From an uncultured Holophagales bacterium (GTDB taxonomy: Bacteria; Acidobacteriota; Thermoanaerobaculia; Multivoradales; UBA5704): DNA of 64,000 nt. This document shows, piece by piece, positions 54,690-64,000 of the stretch (its first letter is position 1; the number at the start of each line of letters is the position of its first letter). The position numbers and the translations under genes were made by a program. The DNA lies in contig CAWJGT010000001.1 of the NCBI GenBank assembly GCA_963842525.1, forward strand, positions 704,001 through 768,000. Reading direction: 5' to 3'. The notes under the pieces were generated by a model. The model worked only from the letters and a program-made list of their open reading frames with translations, was not told the origin of the DNA and made no database searches.

Positions 54690-57665
54690 CTAGCGCACAC
54701 CGGCCAGAGAAGCTTTCCAAGCGCTCAGTGCATCAACGTCCTCAGGCAGCGGAGCGTCCAGGAATTCGAAGTGGCGGCCGTCGAGGAACGAGGCATAGAG
54801 CATCCGCGGGTCGAGGCGGCCCGATTCGTCGCGCAGGTTCGAGCGGTTGCGCAGGACGGTGATCCGCGGCGGGAACAACTCCGTTGCGGCCAGGTCGGGG
54901 ATGCCTTCGCCGGTGAAGTCCGCCGCGACGAGCCCTCGGGGGCCGGCTCCGAGCGCGGCGGTGGCGTCGCGGGTGAGCCCTCCGTTGCCGTCGTTGCGGT
55001 AGATCTCGACCCGGTAGGGGGCATTCGAGTTGGTGACGGCCAGGTCGAGGTCCCGGTCGCCATCGAGATCAGCCAGGGCCAGATCGGCGGGGAAGTTCCC
55101 GGCCTGCAAGACCCGCGGGCTGCCGAGCTGCCCCAGTCCATTGTTGAGGACGACTGCGATCGAGTCTCCGTTGCCGCTGCTGACGATCACGTCGGGCGCT
55201 CCGTTGCGGTCCAGGTCGCCGACGGCAAGGGAGGTCAGGATCTGTCCGCCCAGGCCCGCCGGGACCGTGATGGCTGGAAGGAAGCCCAGGCCGTTGCCGC
55301 GCAGCACCGAAATGTTGCTGGACAGGGCATTCGCGACCACGAGGTCCGGCTTGCCGTCCAGGTTCACGTCGGCGATTGCGACATCGATCGGGTTTGAGCC
55401 GGCGGTATGCGCCCTTATGCTGAAGCCTCCTCTGCCGTTGTTGCTCAGGACGGCGACATTGTTCGAACGGTGGGTTGAGGTTGGCCGCCGCCAGATCGAT
55501 ATCGCCGTCGCCGTCGAGATCGCCGGCGGCGAGGGCCACCGGACCGCCCAGGCCGGTGAGATGGCTGGCGGCGACATCGAAGGCTCCCGTGCCGCGGTTG
55601 CGCAGGATCGCCACGGAACCGCTGGTGCTCCGGCAGACGGCCAGATCGACGTCGCCGTCGCCGTCGAAATCCCCGGCCGCCAGGCACGCGGGCCGGCCCG
55701 TTACGCCGGGACCGGAGCCCTGTGGAAAGACGCCGTCACCGCGATTGGTGAAGATCCGCACCGAGTCGGAATTGTTCAAGGCCGCGGCCAGGTCGACGTC
55801 GCCGTCGCCGTCGAAATCGGCTGCCTCCAGGGCGACCGGCGGGCTGCCGGTCAGCACGGTTGCCGGGGACAGGTCCAGGGTGACCGGGCCGCCGGTCAAG
55901 GGATCGTCGGCGGCGACGCTGAACAGCAGCGCAAGCCCCTCGCGGCCGGCCTTCGGGTCCGGCAGGCGGACGAATTCGAAGGCATCCACGTCCGTACCGG
56001 GCTGCAGGCCGAGATGTGCCGCCGGCTCGATGAGCTTCTGCAGGCCGCCCTGGGGAGGCGAGAGGTAGATGGCGCCCGGGTCGAGCCGCTGTCCCGTCGC
56101 CGGCTCGCGGAAGGCCGCCTCGTGATCCGCTGAGAAATACCAATGGTTGCAGGTCCCTGTAGCAGGCAGCACGTCCAGGGAGTCGGCATCGTCATCGCGG
56201 CTTTCACCGCTGTCCGGGTTGGGCCCCAGGCTCACGTGCAGCCCCGCTTCGTCGGTCACCGGATAGATCAGGTACAGCGGCGCCGGCGTGAACGACCCCA
56301 GGTTGAGGCCGACGACCTCGTCGTCGCCGGGGCTCGTCCCGAAGCGTGTGCCGAGCAGGGGGGACAGGCCGGAAGCCGGCACGCTGCCCGGCGGGCCGGC
56401 GTAGTGCCCGGCGGGATCGTCGTCGAACGAGACCAGCAGGAAATTGGGCCGATGGAGGCATGGAACCCCGCTGGCCGGGAGCGAAGGCAGGCCCGGGCCG
56501 AAAGTGCCGGGCTGGAGCGGCACGCCGAGGTTGTCGTGGCCGTCGAGGTCGAAGAACGCAGGGGTCACGGCATCGCCTTGCCCGCGGCCGACCGGCGCCG
56601 CCGAGAGTTTCCGGTGCCATCGGGAGCCCGCGGAGAGGGATCCACACCGAAAGCCCGTTGGTCATCCTTGATCCCATCGGCGCCGCCGAACGGCAGGGGC
56701 GGCCCGATCCACCGGTAGACGTCGCCCGGATCAAAGCGCTCGTTGCCGTTGCGGGCCGGATCGCTGATCTCGGAGTCCGAGCCGGTATCGAGCGAGAATT
56801 CCAGGAAGCCATCGGTCAGAGCCCCGACAGGGAAGGGATCCGGAAGCGCCTCCACCCTGAAGCGGATCCGGCCGCTGAAGCCGGCAGACGAGTGATCCTG
56901 GTTTTTACAACCCGGGCAGCGGTAGTCATAGCCCGGGGAATCGATCGTCGCGCCGGCCTCGGAGCCGACATCGAGGGTGATCACGTCGATCCCGGCGCGG
57001 ACCACCACCAGGCCGATCTGGTTGACGAGGCGGTTCCAGCCGCTCAGGCCCGGCGGGTCGGCGATCTCGAATCGGCCCGTGAGCTTCTCGGCCCCGTTGA
57101 TGGAGAGCCGGCTCTTCCGGGCCAGTACAGGGTCCTCGAGGACGTCCTCGTGCTCCGTGGAAGCTCCGGCAAACTGTTCCCAGAAGTAGAAGACGCGCAC
57201 CCTTGTACCTCGTGGTACGCCTCCGACCAGCAACCTCAAGCGGGAGCTCAGATTCGAGTAGGCTGCCGTTTCTTTAAAGCCTGCCTCATCGTCACAGAAT
57301 GTGCTCGCCTGATTCTCCCAGTCGATTTGCACCTGCCGGGTATTGACGCCATCGACGAACATGGCGCCGTTGAAGCTCCCCGAGCAGAATGCCGGAGGCA
57401 AGCCCGCGCGGTTCCGTCTCTCATGGAGCGCTCCGGCGGCGCAGGTCGCGGCCAGGTCCCTGCCGTATAACGCGGCGAGGAAAGGACTGAAGGCCAACGA
57501 CCTGCACGTCTCTTCGACGGGGCCTCCGCCCGGGGTGTTCGCCCATGCTTCCGCCTCGGCATCATAAGTGAGGCTCGAGCCCACGACTACCAGCACCTGA
57601 GCCTCGAGGGCCGGCGCGGCGGCGAGCGCACATAAAACTGCGAGGGTCGGCAGTGCTTTTTGCAT
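54690..57665 (-). CDS. Large secreted FG-GAP/VCBS repeat protein (frameshifts near 56570 and 55470)
   Basis: Signal peptide MQKALPTLAVLCALAAAPALEA; repeats ADFDGDGDVDLA, GDLDGDGDIDLA, ADVNLDGKPDLVVAN, GDLDRNGAPDV over three ORFs. Confidence 0.75.
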
Positions 57666-58127
57666 GAATCCCTCCCCAATGCACCTTTTTTTATAAAGGT
57701 ATGCGCCGGAGAGGGGTTGTTTCTGCGCCCTCCGCGGCTGTTTCAACACAGTTGCGACTTAGGTTTCGGACTGGCACGGCTTCGACTGGGCGAGCGCGCG
57801 ACCATCAGCTTCCCCCTTCCCTGTTTTGCGGATCGCTTACCTAGGAGTGAAGAAACTGAGGAAAACATTTCGCAGAAGCGGCCCCGGGGGCCGCGAGCAT
57901 CTCCGTGATCTGCAACTCAGCTCACGTCAGACCTCCCTTCATGCCGCACTGTCAGCCACTTCGTCAGGGTTGGGGCGGGCTCGCTCCGGGGGCCACCCCG
58001 AGCTTGTTGGATGTCGTCAGCCCAGACTGCGCTAGAGAGCGGCCACCACGACCGGCTGGCCCCACTCCGGCGTTTGCGACACTTTCAGGTGCAGCACGAG
58101 CCGCGAGGCGGGCAGCCCGCCGCGAGT

Positions 58128-58386
58128 AGCTCGCGCTGTGCCGCCGGTCCGGATTAGTAGTGGTAGCGGAGCTGAGCAAGGAGAACGGAGTCGTCTTGGA
58201 TTTTGTAGACAATCCTATGCATCGTCGTTGATGCGGCGCGACCAGTAGCCCTGAAAGGCGTGCTTCAGAGGCTCTGGCTTTCCAATACCGCTGAACGGGT
58301 CGCGCTGGATCTCGCGAATGAGGTGATTGATCCTGGCAACCAACCTGCGGTCGGTCTCCTGCCAGCGCGTTCAGTCTGTCAAGGAG
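58128..58386 (-). pseudogene. yoeB: Deleted, degraded copy of the yefM-yoeB cassette
   Basis: 58128-58364 closely matches 59933-60168 (yoeB 3' part, +1 indel near 58220); 58365-58386 matches the promoter flank 60498-60519. Confidence 0.85.
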
Positions 58387-58494
58387 TGTGGGCGTCTCAT
58401 CCTATGCGGGAGAGGAGGGGGACGCGGGCGGAGCGATCGAGGGCATGCTATTCTGTCTTACCGAAGGCTTACGCCGGAAGGAGCGGAGTCAACC

Positions 58495-58782
58495 ATGAGC
58501 GAAGGAGAGGGCAGACAGTTCTCGGATCGGACGTATTCGGTCCGGCTCTCGACCAAGGGCAAGCTCGTGGTTCCCAAAGAGGTCCGGCTGCGCCACGGGT
58601 GGAGCGAGGGGGTCGAGCTCGTCCTGGAAGATGAAGGGGATAGGGTCTTGGTGCGTTCGGCCCGGCGGCTTCCAGAGACCACCCTGGAAGACCTCGTCGG
58701 TTGCGCTGGCTATCGAGGGCCCGCAAAGACCCTGGAGGAGATGGAGGCCGCGATCGCACGGGGAGCCCGGGAACGCCGGTGA
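58495..58782 (+). CDS. AbrB/MazE/SpoVT-family antitoxin (VapB-like)
   Basis: VRLSTKGKLVVPKEVRLRHGWSEGVEL...KTLEEMEAAI; overlaps the PIN gene. Confidence 0.85.
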   Translation: MSEGEGRQFSDRTYSVRLSTKGKLVVPKEVRLRHGWSEGVELVLEDEGDRVLVRSARRLPETTLEDLVGCAGYRGPAKTLEEMEAAIARGARERR

Positions 58783-58935
58783 TCGCGCTCGACGCCAACA
58801 ACCTGGTCCGGGTGTTCACGGCGGATGATCCGGATCAGCTCGCCGTCGCGCTGGAGACGATGAGAACCCAAAACCTCTGGGTCTGCAAGACCGTTCTCCT
58901 CGAGACCGAGTGGGTCCTCCGCTACAGTTATGAGC
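58779..58935 (+). pseudogene. Truncated VapC/PIN toxin
   Basis: GTG start, IALDANNLVR...DDPDQ...VLLETEWVLRYSY, then similarity is lost. Confidence 0.7.
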
Positions 58936-59068
58936 GGCGGGAGAAGTGCCGGGAGAAGTGCCAGCCGAACATCCAGGGCTCTCCAGTGTCGCAATTCGGC
59001 GCTGGGCTCGGCAACATCACTCCAGATCCTGATACCGTGCATCCGGCAGGCGGACGTGCCCCGCTCTG

Positions 59069-59482
59069 TCAATCGACGGTGGCGAACCCCTGGGCTTGAA
59101 GAAAGGCTTCGAGGGCGGCGACGAAGCGCTCTGCGGAGGCCACCGCCCGCTCCGCATCCTCGGCGCTGATGGCCGGGAAGATCGAATAGTCGCCGTTCTC
59201 CCGCTCATCTTTGAGCTCACGGAGGATCGACGCCAGCTCTTCGGGAAGCCGCCCGGTTTTGACGAACCTGAGGCCGAAGAGGCTCTTGAGCCCTTCGTGG
59301 CTGCGCGGCTCGTCACCTTCGACGAGAAGCACTGCTTCGGCAGCATGGAAGACGGCGTAGTACGCGGGCGAGACAGCATCGGCCGGATATCCTGCGGCGA
59401 GCACATGCTTCGCTACTGCCAGCTTGTCCCGCGCCCTGGCGAAGGCTGCCTTTAGGCGCTCTGCGATCTCGTCGGTGGCCAT
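59069..59482 (-). CDS. HEPN domain protein
   Basis: AVSPAYYAVFHAAEAVL, PRSHEGL, RENGDY. Confidence 0.85.
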   Translation of the reverse strand: MATDEIAERLKAAFARARDKLAVAKHVLAAGYPADAVSPAYYAVFHAAEAVLLVEGDEPRSHEGLKSLFGLRFVKTGRLPEELASILRELKDERENGDYSIFPAISAEDAERAVASAERFVAALEAFLQAQGFATVD

Positions 59483-59804
59483 AGCACCCTCTCGTCGCGC
59501 ACGTAGTTGCGCCAGAACGGCAGGGAGGATCGCCGGAGCCGCTCGAAACGCTCCCGATCCACGATCTTTGTCGAAAGGTCGACGTTGTGTTCGAGCTCGA
59601 GCGTGGTCGCCAGCCGATGGATCGCGTCTCGCGCCTCACCCGAGGCGCTGCGCAGCACCACCATGAGGTCGTAGTCCGATCGCCAGCGCGCCTCGCCGCG
59701 GGCCCGGCTCCCGAAAAGCGCCACCTGCACGGGCTCGTCCCCAGCCGCTCAGCCAGCGCCTCGGCGAGCTCACGGGCAACATCGAAGGCTATCGCAGTAC
59801 GCAT
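59452..59804 (-). CDS. Minimal nucleotidyltransferase (MNT) antitoxin (frameshift near 59735)
   Basis: LFGSRARGEARWRSDYDLMVV (GSX10DXD); start MRTAIAFDVARE in another frame. Confidence 0.8.
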
Positions 59805-59854
59805 CACGGGCACTAGTCTACCGGACCCCCCAGAGGTGTGCCAACCGTTCCCCA

Positions 59855-59904
59855 GCCGGCGCCCTTCTTGCCGGACAAGACCGAGCACACCTACGGCTGG
59901 TGCC
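59855..59904 (+). repeat. Diverged duplicate of the penicillin acylase 3' end
   Basis: cccttcttgccggacaagaccgagcacacctacggctggtgcc vs cccttcctgcccgggaagaccgagcacaccctgcggctggtgcc (53191-53234). Confidence 0.7.
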
Positions 59905-59958
59905 GGGGCCGGGATGAGCTTGCTTCGCCGACGGCTCGCGCTGTGCCACCGGTCCGGA

Positions 59959-60213
59959 TTAGTAGTGATAACGGAGTTGAGCAATGAGAACTGCGTCGTC
60001 TTGGATTTTGTAGACAATCCTGTGCTCGTCGTTGATGCGGCGCGACCAGTAGCCCTGAAAGGCGTGTTTCAGAGGCTCTGGCTTTCCGATACCGCTGAAC
60101 GGGTCGCGCTGGATCTCTCGAATGAGATGATTGATTCTGGCAACCAACCTGCGGTCGGTCTCCTGCCAATACAAGTAGTCCTCCCAAGCCCGCTCCGAGA
60201 AAATGAGCTTCAC
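59959..60213 (-). CDS. yoeB: Txe/YoeB family toxin
   Basis: [37 protein letters not shown]. Confidence 0.95.
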   Translation of the reverse strand: MKLIFSERAWEDYLYWQETDRRLVARINHLIREIQRDPFSGIGKPEPLKHAFQGYWSRRINDEHRIVYKIQDDAVLIAQLRYHY

Positions 60214-60461
60214 TCGGCGAGGTCTCGTTCGGTGCCGCCACCACGTTCAAGCTCGGCGATCGCTTCAATCAAACGCCTTGCGTTCTTCGGGCTGCGCAGG
60301 AGATAAGCGGTCTCTTCGAGAGACTTGTAATCCTCAAGCGAGAGCATCACCACAGAGTTTTCGCCACTCCGCGTGATGATGACAGGTTCATGACTCTCGC
60401 AAACATGGTCCATGGTTTTCGCCAACTCGGCACGGGCTTTGGTGTAAGAGATCGAGTCCAT
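60210..60461 (-). CDS. yefM: YefM/Phd antitoxin
   Basis: [15 protein letters not shown]...PVIITR...[18 protein letters not shown]. Confidence 0.95.
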   Translation of the reverse strand: MDSISYTKARAELAKTMDHVCESHEPVIITRSGENSVVMLSLEDYKSLEETAYLLRSPKNARRLIEAIAELERGGGTERDLAE

Positions 60462-60476
60462 TGTGAGCTCCTCAAG

Positions 60477-60515
60477 CGTACAGGAAACTGTACAGGGGCG
60501 CGCTCAGCGTGTCAA
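60477..60515 (-). promoter_or_regulatory. yefM-yoeB sigma70 promoter with autoregulatory operator
   Basis: Minus strand TTGACA-17-TACAGT; CGTACA (60477) and TGTACA (60489) cores 12 bp apart, as in yefM-yoeB operators. Confidence 0.75.
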
Positions 60516-60568
60516 GAAGCAGCGGCGGCGGCTTGGCTAGTTGCTGCTCGCTACTGGATAATAGAGGG

Positions 60569-61003
60569 ATGGGCAGGTCTCACCAAGCGGTTCTTGACAC
60601 CCTCCGGGGGCAGCTTGAGCAGCGGCCGGAGATTCTCGAGGCCTACTGCTTCGGCTCGACGGCGCGGGGCGAGGCGGCGGCTCATAGCGATCTCGACATC
60701 GCCGTCTACGTCGACCAAGCGCGCCTGCCGCCGGCTCCTTTCGGGTATGCCGCCGAGCTCATGGCCGGCTTGATGGCGGGGCTTGGCCTCGATGAAGCCG
60801 ATGTCGTCGTCCTCAACGACGCTCCACCGTTGCTCTATCATCGGGTGCTGCGCGACGGCGAGCGGCTGCTGAGCCGCGATCTCGCCGCGACCACGACGCG
60901 CGAGGGTCGCGCCCTCTCGCGCTATTGCGATTACCTGCCGCAGCTACGCAAAATCGACCGTGAGCTTGCAAGGCGCCTGGCCGACGGCAGCTTCGGACGA
61001 TGA
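60569..61003 (+). CDS. MntA-type nucleotidyltransferase antitoxin (type VII TA)
   Basis: AYCFGSTARGEAAAHSDLDIAV, DVVVLNDAPPLL. Confidence 0.88.
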   Translation: MGRSHQAVLDTLRGQLEQRPEILEAYCFGSTARGEAAAHSDLDIAVYVDQARLPPAPFGYAAELMAGLMAGLGLDEADVVVLNDAPPLLYHRVLRDGERLLSRDLAATTTREGRALSRYCDYLPQLRKIDRELARRLADGSFGR

Positions 61004-61427
61004 CTCCCGGACGGCTCGATGCGGCTATCGTCCGGCGCCATCTGTTGGCGCTCGACGAAGCACTGCAGGTTCTCCGCAGCCACCAAGGGCGCAGTGTGGA
61101 CGATTTGGTCTCCGATCCGGAGGAGCGCTGGATTGTGGAGCGGGGGCTCCAGATTTCGCCCAGAATGCCCTTGACGTGGCGACCCACATCGCGGCCAGCA
61201 CCGGCCGCGACGTTCCGGACTACGCCACCGCTATCGATCGCCTTGCCGAGATGGGTGTCCTGCCGCGCGAATTCGCCACCCGCTTTCGCGGTGTCGCGGG
61301 CTTCCGCAACGTCGTCGTTCATGGTTACCTGGATATCGACGTCGCCCTTCTGCACCGCCTGCTCAACGACCATCTCGAGGACTTCACGACGTTTGCGCGG
61401 CAAGTCGGATCGTATCTCACCCCATGA
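61000..61427 (+). CDS. HepT/DUF86 HEPN RNase toxin (frameshift near 61155)
   Basis: VERGLQ, ALDVATHI, FRNVVVHGY (RX4H). Confidence 0.85.
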
Positions 61428-62812
61428 ACCCGAGATCCGGCGATCGCAAACCGCCCGAGGTTGGGCAGCACGAGCGGCAGGTCGCTGTCCGCCACCCCGA
61501 ACCAGCGGGCGAGGGTCGCCGAGTACTCGTCCACCGAGGTCGTCGGGATCCAGCGCCCTTCGCCGGCGTCGTTCGGCCCGTTGATGGCAAGGGTGGGGAT
61601 CTGGCCGTAGAAACGGCCGCCGCGCACCGCTCCGCCGAGCACGAAGTGGTGGCTTCCCCAGCCGTGATCGGAGCCGTTGCCATTCGAAATGTATGTACGC
61701 CCGAAATCTGATGCGGTGAAGGCGGTCACCGAGTCGGCGATGCCCAGCTCGGTCATTGCGGCGTCGAAGGCGGTGAGGGCGCCGTCGAGCTCGACGAGCA
61801 GGTCGGCGTGCGCGCCGTCGAGCGCGGTCGCCCCTACCTGGCCGCCGTGCGTGTCGTAGCCCTGGGCGGCGCAGAAGAAGATCTGTCGGCGCAGCCCCAA
61901 CGACTCGCGCACCGAGACGAGTTGGGCGATCATCCGGAGCTGCAGCCCGAGGTCGGTCTGCGGGAACTGGGTGGTGAACGGCGGCGCCCCGGCCAGCGCG
62001 CCGGAGAGCAGCTCCTGGTTGTCGAGCGCACGCTGGAAGATGCCGCTGTAGCCGCGCTCGAAAAGGTTTCCATAGCTGTGCCCGAGCAGGCCGCGGACGG
62101 CGTTGGAGGAAGCGTCGGCGCCCTGGTCGGCGGGGACGTAGGAGCTCAGGCCCACCGGCCCCTCCGGCGACACCTGGTACTGGGTCACGGTGTTGCCCAC
62201 CTGGAAGGTGTTGGTGCCCGCCACCGAGATCGACATCGAGACGCGCGCGTTCTCGTTGAGCGCGTGCAGCAGGTCCGCGGCGCGCCCGCCCCAGCCGGTG
62301 CGCGACGGCTGGTCAGGCAGCGAGGTCTGCCAGTGCACGGTCTGGTCGCTGTGCGAGAAGAGCTGCGGCGGCACCGCCGCGCTGCGGCTCAGGAACTCCT
62401 CGCGGGTGAGCGGCGCCACCAGCGGCCCGACGTTGGCGACCAGCGCGGCCTTCCCTTGATTGAACAGGCCCCGCACTCCGGTGAGGCTCGGGTGGAAGCC
62501 CCACTCGCGCGCATCGCCGGGCGGGGTCGCAAGCGGCGTGAGCGGCAGCAGCGCGCTCTGCGGCAGCGCCAGGGCGGCGCGCGCCGCAGCGTACTGCGCA
62601 TAGTCGGAGGCAAGCGTCGGAACCAGGACGTTGTTGCCGTCGTTGCCGCCGTAGAGGAAGACGCAGACGAGGGTCTTGGAGTCGACGAGCGGCGCCGCGG
62701 CGGCGATGCGCCGCAGATCGAAAAGGGTGTTGGCCGCAGCGGTCATCCCCACCGCGGCACAGGCGGACTGGCGCAGGAACTGGCGGCGCGTCAAGCGGCG
62801 GTTCTCGGTCAT
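61417..62812 (-). CDS. DUF1501 family Tat-exported protein (frameshift near the 3' end)
   Basis: LTRRQFL Tat motif, LVCVFLYGGNDGNN, LFSHSDQ, GYDTHG, SDFGRT, GSDHGWG. Confidence 0.9.
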
Positions 62813-62822
62813 CTTCCACCTC

Positions 62823-64000
62823 CTATTTCTGCACCACGGACTCGGGAGCCAGGCTCGCAAGCCACAAGAGGGTGAGCACGCGTTGATCGGACTGGCGCGG
62901 GAAATCGGCGTCGGCCAGGGCGCCGCGCAGGATGCCGCGCGTCGCGTCGGACATCGAGCCGGCGAAGAGCAGCAGGTCGATGCGGTCGAGCAGGGCCTCG
63001 TCGGTCGGCGCCCGCGGCGGCAGGAACGGCAACAGATCGACGGTGAAAGGTCCGTTCCGCCCTGCCGCGCCGAGCACCGCGAGTTGGAAGTTGGCGGCGC
63101 CGACGATCGTCGTCTCGGTCGTGATCTGGAATTCCGGAGAGACCAGCCCGGCCTGCGCGATCTCCCCCGGCAGCGCGAAGCTGGGCTCGAAGAAGTTGAA
63201 CACCGTCGGCGCGCGCAGCGGAACCTGTCCCAGGCCGAGGCCCTGCCGGTCGAAGCGCCACCGTCCGTTGCGCGGCTCGGCGTCGAGGATACGCAGCAGC
63301 CCGACGAGCCGCACGACAGGCTCGCGCAGGTGCCCCTCGTCCGGCCGCGCCGCGACCACCGCCGCCCGCGCCTCGTAGTCGAGCAGGATGGCGCGCAGGA
63401 CCGCCTGGAGGTCGCCCCGTTCTCCGGCCCCGTTGTCGGCGAACGCCTGCCCGCAGCGGTAGACGTATGCCGGGCTGGGATTGCTGGTCACCAGCCGCTG
63501 GATCAGGAAGCGGCAGAAGAAGGGCCCGACGTTGTCGTGGTTGACGATGACGTCGAGCGCCTGCTCGAGGTCCGCCCGCGCGCTCTGCCCCGCCGGCAGG
63601 ACGGCGCCGTCGAGCAGCCGCTTCTCGTCGGTGGCGTGATACACCGCCCAGGATTCCATCGGGATTCGATAATTACGCTGCGGACGGAAGAAGCGCTGCG
63701 GCTGGCGCTGGTCCTGGCCGCCGAACGTCCAGCCGGTGAAGGCGCGGGCGAAGGCCTCCACCACGTCCTGGTCGTAGGTCGGGATCGGCTGGTTGTCGGC
63801 ATCCAGGTGCAGCGTGCCGTCGGGGTGGAGCTCGTAAAGGCCGATCGAGAAGAGCTGCAGGATCTCGCGAGCATAGTTCTCGTTGGGGTTGCGCCCGAGC
63901 TCGGGGAGCGTCTTGCTGCTTCCCGCCATGTCGAGGTAGACCCCCATCGTGGGGCTGAGCGTCGCCGCCTCGAGCAGCTCGCGGAAGCTGCCGAACGCGT
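62823..64000 (-). CDS. DUF1800 family protein (5' end outside the window)
   Basis: MGVYL, PNENYAREILQLFSIGL, ARAFTGW, LIQRLVTSNPSPAY, LREPV, PTVFNFF. Confidence 0.92.
   Translation of the reverse strand, partial: AFGSFRELLEAATLSPTMGVYLDMAGSSKTLPELGRNPNENYAREILQLFSIGLYELHPDGTLHLDADNQPIPTYDQDVVEAFARAFTGWTFGGQDQRQPQRFFRPQRNYRIPMESWAVYHATDEKRLLDGAVLPAGQSARADLEQALDVIVNHDNVGPFFCRFLIQRLVTSNPSPAYVYRCGQAFADNGAGERGDLQAVLRAILLDYEARAAVVAARPDEGHLREPVVRLVGLLRILDAEPRNGRWRFDRQGLGLGQVPLRAPTVFNFFEPSFALPGEIAQAGLVSPEFQITTETTIVGAANFQLAVLGAAGRNGPFTVDLLPFLPPRAPTDEALLDRIDLLLFAGSMSDATRGILRGALADADFPRQSDQRVLTLLWLASLAPESVVQK

Noticed and set aside
57772-57787. TGGCACG as a sigma54 promoter
   Set aside because: Lacks GC at the -12 position and points away from the adjacent gene start.
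57900-58127. Possible tRNA or ncRNA attachment site before the TA cluster
   Set aside because: No cloverleaf, T-loop or CCA recognised; only a short GC hairpin near 58102-58124.

Overview
High-GC bacterial DNA. Gene content and repeat style suggest Acidobacteriota, possibly Thermoanaerobaculia (inference only). Many genes, including essential murA, carry single-base frameshifts, which points to long-read indel errors. The housekeeping backbone comprises two OPT transporters, pckA, msrA, a split nadE plus glutaminase, a SurA-like protein, an Slt lytic transglycosylase, murA, prmC, M20 peptidases, a UbiD-family decarboxylase, a penicillin acylase, an APC permease and DUF1501/DUF1800. Accessory cassettes interrupt it: (1) an MvdC/D-type ATP-grasp ligase with an unannotated 56-aa precursor peptide (candidate graspetide RiPP) bracketed by a 25-bp direct repeat; (2) a TIR-TM-WD40 protein; (3) two large carboxypeptidase-regulatory-like repeat proteins; (4) a gluzincin protease + MBL hydrolase pair near a double-SIR2 protein; (5) a TIR/FxsC-like gene coupled to a ParA-ATPase/wHTH/nucleoside-deoxyribosyltransferase-like/TPR/SLOG fusion, lying between two copies of a small STN-domain gene; (6) a toxin-antitoxin cluster. 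Several cassettes are flanked by diverged, sometimes internally deleted duplicates of neighbouring sequence. Several REP-like palindrome families and 21-nt-period tracts also occur. No rRNA, tRNA, CRISPR array or integrase was recognised. All family assignments come from reading motifs, not from database searches.
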